From assembly GCA_043805855.1 (NCBI GenBank), contig JAZDHP010000031.1, positions 1-33,870 on the forward strand: a stretch of DNA of 33,870 bases. Direction: 5' to 3'. This document shows, in pieces, positions 27,031-33,870 of the stretch; positions within the stretch are counted from its first letter, which is position 1, and every line of letters starts with the position of its first letter. The position numbers were made by a program, and so were the translations under genes. The DNA comes from Candidatus Micrarchaeota archaeon (lineage in GTDB: Archaea; Micrarchaeota; Micrarchaeia; Norongarragalinales; UBA8480). The notes beneath the pieces were generated by a model. The model made no database searches and was not told where the DNA came from. It saw only the letters and a program-made list of their open reading frames with translations.

Positions 27031-27729
27031 TTACTCTTTTAAGTCTTCCCAGGACATTTTCTCCTTCGCGTCTACAGTTAAACCATTGTCGCTGAATTTA
27101 AGTGGATGTACGTTGGAATCATGGTTAGTGCCACGCATCTTTATTACTGTTAAATAGTGCCTTGGCGGAATGAAATTTAGAGAAATTATCCCGTCAACTA
27201 GAAACTCTTCAACTCCAAAACTAGAAAAGTCGTTCTTCCTACCAGTTGTCTCGCAGGCAAGTAGAGAAGTGCATCTTAATTTGCGTAACTCTTCGATTAA
27301 AACATAAATCGCGTAGCGAATCTTCGCTTTGTCGTTAGTCCAATAGGCAAACGCAGTTAGAGAGTCAATTACCAGCCGCCGTGCGCCCATTTGCTTTGCT
27401 TTGTCAACAATCCGTTTCGCCTGGTCTTCTAAATCCATTGACTCGCCGCTTGGCTCAAACTTGTAAATTTTCATCTTATCTTCCTTTTCCAGTTCTTGTA
27501 CGTTCCATTTGAAACGCTGGACATTCCACCACAAGTTATGCGCTCCTTCTTCCAACGTAACGTACATTCCAGGTTCTTTGAACTTCTTCGCTCCGTTGTA
27601 CAAGTACTCCATGCACAAAATAGTCTTTCCAGTGCCCGGGCCGCCCGAAACTAAAACGCTTGCGCCCTCGGGGAACCCGCCCTCTATCAATTCATCCAAA
27701 CCAGGAACTCCACTAGAAACACGATTCAT
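27031..27729 (-). CDS. single-domain KaiC/GvpD/RAD55-family RecA-like ATPase
   Basis: SGVPGLDELIEGG, GGPGTGKT, YVTLEE, LVIDS, KMRGT. Confidence 0.9.
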   Translation of the reverse strand: MNRVSSGVPGLDELIEGGFPEGASVLVSGGPGTGKTILCMEYLYNGAKKFKEPGMYVTLEEGAHNLWWNVQRFKWNVQELEKEDKMKIYKFEPSGESMDLEDQAKRIVDKAKQMGARRLVIDSLTAFAYWTNDKAKIRYAIYVLIEELRKLRCTSLLACETTGRKNDFSSFGVEEFLVDGIISLNFIPPRHYLTVIKMRGTNHDSNVHPLKFSDNGLTVDAKEKMSWEDLKE

Positions 27730-27840
27730 TTTCTCAACCTAATAAAACAAAAACAGCTGGGCAATAAATACCTTATAGGGACGAAATGTAAGTTATTTTT
27801 AACTCCAAGCGTCCAAGTTCATTCACTGTTTTTAGATCCC

Positions 27841-27912
27841 GCCTCTGTAGCTCAGTGGTAGAGCGCTTGTCTTGTAAACAAGAGGTCGCGAGTTCAATTC
27901 TCGCCGGGGGCT
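27841..27912 (+). tRNA. tRNA-Thr(UGU), intronless
   Basis: GCCTCTG TA GCTC AGTGGTA GAGC G CTTGT CT TGT AA ACAAG AGGTC GCGAG TTCAATT CTCGC CGGGGGC T. Confidence 0.96.
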
Positions 27913-27961
27913 CTCATACTTGTTATGTAAGTTTAAATTAGCGGTTTTTTACAATAAAGGT

Positions 27962-28807
27962 ATGACAATAGAAGTTACTATTTTAGGTTCGGGAGATGCG
28001 TTTGGGACGCCAAAACCTGGTTGCAAGGTTAATGCGTGCGTGGCTAAAACTCAATTCAATAAACGCAGTCGTTTCAGCGTGTTGATTCGCGCCAACGGGC
28101 GCACAATTCTTGTAGGTACTGCGCCTGAAATTAGTCAACAGTTCTTACGTGAAGGACTCGCTTTAAGCGAAGTAGACAATATCCTCTTAACGCATATTCA
28201 TTATGATCAAACGGGTGGTTTAGGCGAATTTGACGGTATTGGAAACAGACCGCCAGTTAAATTATTTTGCGATCAAGGCGTATTAGCCGAAATAAACACT
28301 TATTTCAAGTTTTTATTCGAGAAAAACAGGCTAAACGTTAATTTGCTTGAAGCTAACCAAAAACTCGTTTCAGATGATTTTGTGGTTACTCCGTTTCAAG
28401 TTAATCACTTCAAATGTCCTTGTCTTGGTTTTAGGCTAGAAATTGACGGCAAAGTTATTGTAATTGCCGCGGATACAAATGCTGATCTTAGCCCGTCTTC
28501 GTTGGAGTTAATGAAAGATGCAGATCTTTTGGTTTTAGATGGAATGGCTGAATCAAACCGGGAAATTTTGTTAACTAAGCGCGATTTAAGCGGGCGAAGT
28601 GAAGCTGAATTTAATGCGACGGTTAATCCAAATAAGCGGGGGCATATGCTTATTCCTGAAGCGGTTGAACTAAGCAAAAAGTTATCGCCCAAAAAGACGA
28701 TTTTATCTCATATTTCTCATTACAATGCCTCGCACGAAGAAATGCAAGCTAAATACGAAACTAAAAACCTGCTAATCAGCTTCGACGGAATGAAAATAAA
28801 GCTATAG
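27962..28807 (+). CDS. MBL-fold metallo-hydrolase, PhnP-like
   Basis: ILGSGDAFGTP, THIHYDQ (HxHxDH variant), VNH, ADT, GHM, SHISH; ATG 27962. Confidence 0.85.
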   Translation: MTIEVTILGSGDAFGTPKPGCKVNACVAKTQFNKRSRFSVLIRANGRTILVGTAPEISQQFLREGLALSEVDNILLTHIHYDQTGGLGEFDGIGNRPPVKLFCDQGVLAEINTYFKFLFEKNRLNVNLLEANQKLVSDDFVVTPFQVNHFKCPCLGFRLEIDGKVIVIAADTNADLSPSSLELMKDADLLVLDGMAESNREILLTKRDLSGRSEAEFNATVNPNKRGHMLIPEAVELSKKLSPKKTILSHISHYNASHEEMQAKYETKNLLISFDGMKIKL

Positions 28808-28823
28808 TTGCATCAGTCGACAA

Positions 28824-29726
28824 TTGAGAGTTGTGAGTTTAATGTATTCGAATATCATTGGAGACAAAGCTATTTCTATTTTTGAAAAAGTTTTGAAAAA
28901 AAGGCAGGAACTAACTTCTAATTTTACTAAAAATAATTGTACTCTCGTTGCGAAAGTTAATTCTTATGCAAAAAGAAAAAAAGGAGTGTCTTCGGATAAA
29001 CTGAAGCAAATTCTGCGGAACAAAGTTTCAGCTCTTTCTTTGAAAAATATCTTAATTACAAACGAATTAAAAGAACTGCTAATTAGCGCTGGAATTCAAA
29101 TGCGTTGTTTTATTCTCCATGGTTCATCCGTAACTGGTACGGCAAATGTTTCAGTAAAGACTGGCGAAATAAAGTATTTTAAAAAAAGTCAATATGCATT
29201 TAGCGAATTCTTTGTAACCGCACCTGAAGCTAGCGATATGGATATTGTGCTCATAGTTGAGAATACAAAACAAAGTCAAGAGATAGCGTCCATTGCTACA
29301 GAATTATCAGTAAAATACCAGTGTCAATTTACGATTAATCTTATTTCAAGCAAAGTAATTAGACGAGAAATAACCGCAAGTGCAATTGCTTCGCCGGCAA
29401 TTAAACGAATTTTTGGGTTACACGCGTCAATGTGTTTTTATGGCTATGATGAGTTTGATAAGTTTCAACTTTTGGCATTAAGAAAATTGCGCCAGTTGGA
29501 CATAGCGGTAGATATAGATTTGAAACTGCTAAAACAGTTTGGAAGTATCATGTCCAAAAGTGGCATTAAACAACTCCGTTTGAATAAAAATTATTTGGCC
29601 AGTCTCTTTCCTTTTTTGTTTTTATCTCGTGTAACCGATTTTAACTTAGACTTTCCAAAAGAACGGCTTAAACTTGTAATCCCACTGCGTAAACAACCAT
29701 TAACGAGCGAAGTAAAAATTACATAG
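28824..29726 (+). CDS. Pol-beta superfamily nucleotidyltransferase-like protein
   Basis: FILHGSSVTGT followed, after an insertion, by SDMDIVLIV. Confidence 0.6.
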   Translation: MRVVSLMYSNIIGDKAISIFEKVLKKRQELTSNFTKNNCTLVAKVNSYAKRKKGVSSDKLKQILRNKVSALSLKNILITNELKELLISAGIQMRCFILHGSSVTGTANVSVKTGEIKYFKKSQYAFSEFFVTAPEASDMDIVLIVENTKQSQEIASIATELSVKYQCQFTINLISSKVIRREITASAIASPAIKRIFGLHASMCFYGYDEFDKFQLLALRKLRQLDIAVDIDLKLLKQFGSIMSKSGIKQLRLNKNYLASLFPFLFLSRVTDFNLDFPKERLKLVIPLRKQPLTSEVKIT

Positions 29727-29731
29727 CTAAA

Positions 29732-29797
29732 GCAGTGTTTTTAAATGTCAAGTGCTTGAGTTTGACTCGAGGCGAAGAGGAATAATTGAAAAGCTTT
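29732..29797. repeat. ~66-bp direct repeat, copy 1
   Basis: gcagtgtttttaaatgtcaagtgcttgagtttgactcgaggcgaaga...ttgaaaagcttt; nearly identical to 31319-31387. Confidence 0.88.
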
Positions 29798-29825
29798 ACT
29801 TTAAGTTATCTTAAGTTACTTTAAT

Positions 29826-31211
29826 TTAAAGTTGTTTTGGGTTTTCTAGTTCGTAGTATGCCCCGCGGTATTTGCCTATTTTTTTTACTTTGCCTTGTTT
29901 TACTAGTTCGTTTAAGTCCTTGACGGCTGTTGGCAGTGAAATGCCTATCACTTTTGCGTAGTATTGTGTTTTTATTGACTTGTTTTTTTGAAGGTAGCTC
30001 AGTGCTTGTTTTTGCCGCGAGTTTTCAAAATCTACAAGGTACTTTTTTTTCTTACTAGTGCGGTTGTAGATTATTGCTTGAAATGCGTTTCCAATTTCGT
30101 AAAATTCCGGGTCAGGAAGTTTTGCTTCTCGACATTGTTGTCTAATCAAGCGAATTCCGAGTCCAAGTCCTTCTCCCAAACCTAAGTCACCTAGTAAACG
30201 GTACGTTATTGGATTGCGATGCTGCGGTGTTTTTTCAAAGTTATTTATGCTTTGACCTGAAAGCAAACCTCCCGGGCTGGTTATTTGCAAACGGTCTTCA
30301 AAGATTTCAATTAAAACTTCTTTCTGTGTAAAGTAATCTCTATGGCCCAAGGCGTTGGTAATGAGCTCTCGCAGTGATTCTTGGGGATAATCTGGAATTT
30401 CTTTTCGTTCTGTTCCGGTTATGGCAAAGGTCTTTCCAGTGTTTTCTAAAACCATATTGAAAGTTTCATTTATTAGTTCAGGAATAGTCCCGTAAGATCG
30501 CTTATCAACTCTAATTAGGCCAAGTTCCGGCTCCGTGCCGGCGTATTTCACTATTCTTACTTCTAAGTTTGTAAAGAATTTTTGAGGCGCTTTAGCGAAA
30601 AAGAACAAGGCTACGTTTTTCAAGAAGAATTCTCCATTGTAATTCGCCACGTTCAAACCAGCTAAAATTCTCTTGTAATCCTCTTCATTCAAGTTTTTTG
30701 GGTTTATTTTCCTTTTTCGCAAAAAACTTTTAACTTTTTCAAGGTCCAAATCGTTTAAATGTGCCTTGCTTCGTGACTCTTCGCAGTTGAGTAAAGTACG
30801 TTTCTTCAAAAATTCAATTAAGTCTTCTCCTGATAGCTTCAAATTTGTAGTTCCTTGTCTTACAAAACAAAAATCGTTATAAAAACAAGGATTGTGTGAA
30901 TGTGGAATCGGTTCAATTTTGAGTATAATGAACGTCCTATTTTCATACCTCAAAAATTCTTGTTCTGGTTTAGGATTAGGTTTACATTGATCTAAAACTT
31001 GGCGCAGGCGTCTAGATTCTTCATCGGGATTTGTTACGCCTTTCATTTCCTTCTTTTTTGAATCTACGCCAAAAACTATTATTCCGCCGTAAGTATTGGC
31101 AAAAGCTGAAATAGTTGGTCCAACTTCTTTTTGAATACTAGACTTAAATTCCAATGTCGGTCCTTCCCATTCTAAAACCCATTTTTGTAAATCAGAAAAA
31201 GAATAAGCCAT
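29826..31211 (-). CDS. Schlafen/AlbA_2 domain + HATPase_c_4-like + wHTH protein (COG2865-like)
   Basis: EGPTLEFKS, SAFANTYGGIIVFGV, LRELITNALGHRDY, ITSPGGL, RNP, C-terminal HTH. Confidence 0.88.
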   Translation of the reverse strand: MAYSFSDLQKWVLEWEGPTLEFKSSIQKEVGPTISAFANTYGGIIVFGVDSKKKEMKGVTNPDEESRRLRQVLDQCKPNPKPEQEFLRYENRTFIILKIEPIPHSHNPCFYNDFCFVRQGTTNLKLSGEDLIEFLKKRTLLNCEESRSKAHLNDLDLEKVKSFLRKRKINPKNLNEEDYKRILAGLNVANYNGEFFLKNVALFFFAKAPQKFFTNLEVRIVKYAGTEPELGLIRVDKRSYGTIPELINETFNMVLENTGKTFAITGTERKEIPDYPQESLRELITNALGHRDYFTQKEVLIEIFEDRLQITSPGGLLSGQSINNFEKTPQHRNPITYRLLGDLGLGEGLGLGIRLIRQQCREAKLPDPEFYEIGNAFQAIIYNRTSKKKKYLVDFENSRQKQALSYLQKNKSIKTQYYAKVIGISLPTAVKDLNELVKQGKVKKIGKYRGAYYELENPKQL

Positions 31212-31318
31212 TTGTCATCAACTCATTATAATAGGTTAAACGCCGCGCTAAATTTACTATAAATTACTTTAAGTAACTTTAAATATCTTTCTCTTAAAGT
31301 TTAATTTATCAAAAAGAG

Positions 31319-31387
31319 GCAGTGTTTTTAAATGTCAAGTGCTTGAGTTTGACTCAAGGCGAAGATGGGATTAATTTGAAAAGCTTT
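31319..31387. repeat. ~66-bp direct repeat, copy 2
   Basis: First 47 nt differ from copy 1 at one position; contains the hairpin CTTGAGT-TTG-ACTCAAG. Confidence 0.88.
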
Positions 31388-31473
31388 GAGTTCAAGTCTG
31401 GGCTTGCGCCGGGGGCTTTTAATATTTTGGTAGTTTGTTTAATTTAATAAAATAATGGAGCTTTTTGGTTTAT

Positions 31474-32454
31474 ATGTCTCGTGAAAGAGTAGTTATTTTT
31501 GATTTATTAAGAATTATTGGAATTGCATTGGTAGTGTTTACCCACATTGCTTTTACTGTTGGTTGGGGGGAATGGACTAACGAATTTTGGATAGGTAACT
31601 TATTTTACTGGGGGGTCGGCAGCATTGGGGTTTTGCTCTTCTTATTTGCAAGTGGTGCTGTGTTGGAACTCACTCAATCTGAAGTGAGTAACGCGCGGTC
31701 TTATTTAGAATTTGTTTATCGCCGTTTAGTGAGGTTATATCCGGCAGTATGGCTGAGTGTTGCTTTTGCAATAGTATTGTGGTTGAATAGTTTGATGTTA
31801 CTAGTAACTACCGGGTTTTCTGCACCAATTAATATGATGATATTAAATGCGGGGTTTTCTGCGCCAATTGATATGACGGTATTGCTTTGGTCTTTGTCTG
31901 GGTTTAGCGCTTTTGTAGGGCTGTGGGGCGGCCCCTTTAATGTGGTTGTTTGGTGCATTGGACTTTTTGTAGTACTTTATCTAGTTTTTCCTTTGTTGCA
32001 CTATGGGTTTAAACATAAACCCTATTTGACGCTCGGGGTATTGTTTATAATTTCACTTTTAAGCACTTATTTTATAAATGTGTGGCAGTCAGGATTGCCT
32101 GACTTGCCGTTTGGGAAAAACGTTGCCCGTTGGATGCCGCTTTGTAATATTTTTTATTTTGGCCTAGGAATTTTTATGGCTAGAAAAGGTTGGTATCCTA
32201 AATGGACGCAAAGCAAAGGCGTTATGCCTTGGCTGGGCGAACTATCTTTTTACGTTTTTCTCTTTCATTTTCCGCTAGAAAGTTTAAGTAAAATATCAAT
32301 TTTGTTATTTGCCGTTTCGACAATATTTACCGCGTATTTGTTCATGGAATTGGATAAAAAAATTCAAGTTCAACTTAAGTTGGAAAACGTTAAGCATACA
32401 CTAAGCGAAGCGCATAAATGGGTAAACGCTTACTTGTCCAAAACAACAAATTAG
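31474..32454 (+). CDS. acyltransferase family 3 membrane protein
   Basis: FDLLRIIGIALVVFTH, GVLLFLFASG, RRLVRLYP, GELSFYVFLFH. Confidence 0.88.
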   Translation: MSRERVVIFDLLRIIGIALVVFTHIAFTVGWGEWTNEFWIGNLFYWGVGSIGVLLFLFASGAVLELTQSEVSNARSYLEFVYRRLVRLYPAVWLSVAFAIVLWLNSLMLLVTTGFSAPINMMILNAGFSAPIDMTVLLWSLSGFSAFVGLWGGPFNVVVWCIGLFVVLYLVFPLLHYGFKHKPYLTLGVLFIISLLSTYFINVWQSGLPDLPFGKNVARWMPLCNIFYFGLGIFMARKGWYPKWTQSKGVMPWLGELSFYVFLFHFPLESLSKISILLFAVSTIFTAYLFMELDKKIQVQLKLENVKHTLSEAHKWVNAYLSKTTN

Positions 32455-32475
32455 CAACGTTATTTTTTGGGCTCT

Positions 32476-33177
32476 TTATTTTTTTGTTCGTTCTTCAATA
32501 GCTTTTATACGTTCTAATAATTCAGCCTGCATAGCTTCGCGGGTGTATTGTGGCGCTTGGCCTATGGTTAATACTTGCCCGCCTATTGCCGTTAATATGT
32601 GGGATAAACTGTCAACTGGCGGTTTCCTAGGCTTAATTTTTTCAACATGACTAAGTAAAAATTGCAAGTGAGCCTTGACTTGATCTCCGTAACCGCGATC
32701 GCAGGCAATTTTGTCAACTTCTTTTTCAGGTAGCCTGTGGTGGGTCATTCTATCGTGAAAGGTGGGGTTTCTAGCTGCCAGTTCACACTCTGCAAGCTCA
32801 TGGGCAATTAATCCAGTAAGTGCTTTATTTGGAATTGTTTTAAACGGTTCTTCTAGGCCAGGTGCTGGGCTAATTAAAATGTTAAATGCATTTACTTCGC
32901 TTCTATTTGTTCGAGGCAATACTAGCTTTTCTGTAAGTTCAGCTGCACGATATTCGTCGACCCGTAGCCCACTAGTTATGATATAAGGTGTTTCCCACAC
33001 TAATCTACCTTTAGTCATTTTGCTCCTCATGGGAAGTATCGTTCCAGAAGACACCCCTTGATGCCAGTGGCCAAAAGTGCCTAGCCCAACTTTATCCTCT
33101 AGCCCAAAGTCGCGTCTGACGCGTTTGAATATACCAGGCGCGCGTGTTTTCCAATCCATCTCTCTTCTTTCTTGCAT
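32476..33177 (-). CDS. hypothetical protein with zincin-like HExxE variant
   Basis: GLIAHELAECE followed by EKEVDKIACDRGYG. Confidence 0.55.
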   Translation of the reverse strand: MQERREMDWKTRAPGIFKRVRRDFGLEDKVGLGTFGHWHQGVSSGTILPMRSKMTKGRLVWETPYIITSGLRVDEYRAAELTEKLVLPRTNRSEVNAFNILISPAPGLEEPFKTIPNKALTGLIAHELAECELAARNPTFHDRMTHHRLPEKEVDKIACDRGYGDQVKAHLQFLLSHVEKIKPRKPPVDSLSHILTAIGGQVLTIGQAPQYTREAMQAELLERIKAIEERTKK

Positions 33178-33211
33178 AGTAGCATTTATTTGCTAATTCT
33201 ATTTATATTGC

Positions 33212-33870
33212 ATGCAAAAAGTACAAAGCGCGCTAAAGGCGCTAGCGAATCCTGCCAAAGCAATTATTCTCCAGCGTTTTTTCAAAACTGGAAAAGGCGA
33301 GTACGGTGAAGGTGATATTTTCCTCGGGATACAAGTGCCGCAGCTGCGGTTAGTTGCCAAGCAATTTGCAGGCATTTCGCTAAAAGAAATAGAACAACTT
33401 CTTAATTCCAAAATTCACGAGGAGCGAATGGTTGCGCTGTTCATTCTAGTAATACAGTTTCAAAAAGCTGAAAAAACAAAAGATGCAAAGTTGCGGGAAA
33501 TAATATTTCATTTTTACCTCACGAACGCGCGGCTAATTAACAATTGGGATTTGGTTGACCTCAGCGCGCCGAACATCGTTGGCAACTATTTACTTAACAA
33601 AAATCATGACGTGCTTTTCAAAATGGCGCGTTCTGAAAATTTGTGGGAAAAGCGAATTGCAATTATTTCCACTTTTTCTTTCATCCGCGCCGGTCAATTT
33701 GAAGACACTTTTAAAATAGTTGAAATGCTGCTCAACGACAAGCATGATTTAATTCACAAAGCGTGTGGTTGGATGCTGCGCGAAGTCGGTAAAAGAAACC
33801 AAGCTGCGTTAGAAGAATTCCTCGAACTGCATTACTCGCAGATGCCGCGTACGATGTTGCGTTACGCGAT
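33212..33870 (+). CDS. alkD: AlkD-like DNA alkylation repair glycosylase (3' end outside the window)
   Basis: Manual translation: MQKVQSALKALANPAKAIILQRFFKTGKGEYGEGDIFLGIQVPQLR...INNWDLVD...LIHKACGWMLREVGK...MPRTMLRYA. Not in the ORF track because it lacks a stop. Confidence 0.9.
   Translation, partial: MQKVQSALKALANPAKAIILQRFFKTGKGEYGEGDIFLGIQVPQLRLVAKQFAGISLKEIEQLLNSKIHEERMVALFILVIQFQKAEKTKDAKLREIIFHFYLTNARLINNWDLVDLSAPNIVGNYLLNKNHDVLFKMARSENLWEKRIAIISTFSFIRAGQFEDTFKIVEMLLNDKHDLIHKACGWMLREVGKRNQAALEEFLELHYSQMPRTMLRYA

Larger units (their letters stand above)
27913..31417. mobile_element. putative degenerate island integrated at the tRNA-Thr 3' end (no integrase)
   Basis: Bounded by the tRNA 3' end (27890-27912) and a degenerate copy of it at 31388-31417; accessory cargo and internal direct repeats. 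Confidence 0.5.

Noticed and set aside
27031..27729. Circadian clock KaiC
   Set aside because: Single-domain protein with no KaiA/KaiB nearby; a common archaeal family.
29826..31211. RecG helicase
   Set aside because: No SF2 helicase motifs; this architecture is often mislabelled RecG.
1..33870. CRISPR array, rRNA, transposase or integrase
   Set aside because: No regularly spaced repeat-spacer array, rRNA-like stretch or recombinase/transposase motif was seen.

Overview
Archaeal chromosomal window, most consistent with a DPANN lineage such as Micrarchaeota (inference from a group II chaperonin, bulge-helix-bulge tRNA introns, a KaiC/RAD55-type ATPase and oligo-T terminators). Housekeeping genes (tmk, metG, thermosome, guaB, agmatinase, fold-III PLP decarboxylase, DHS-like enzyme, CPA2 antiporter, alkD) are interleaved with basic orphan ORFs and four toxin-antitoxin-like pairs. 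Main observations: (1) two paralogous genes with recognisable bacterial sigma-70 regions 2/3/4 fused to one or two copies of an N-terminal wHTH-like repeat, although archaeal RNA polymerase does not use sigma factors; (2) a three-intron tRNA-Met(CAU) and a two-intron tRNA-Glu(UUC) whose non-canonical introns are built from one ~45-nt element whose pyrimidine tract co-varies with a hairpin as an intrastrand triplex would require, with a free copy elsewhere; (3) a ~3.5-kb integrase-less island after tRNA-Thr(UGU), ending in a degenerate copy of the tRNA 3' end and carrying an MBL hydrolase, a Pol-beta-type nucleotidyltransferase and a repeat-flanked Schlafen/AlbA gene; (4) three disrupted genes. 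All calls come from reading motifs by eye; no searches were run.
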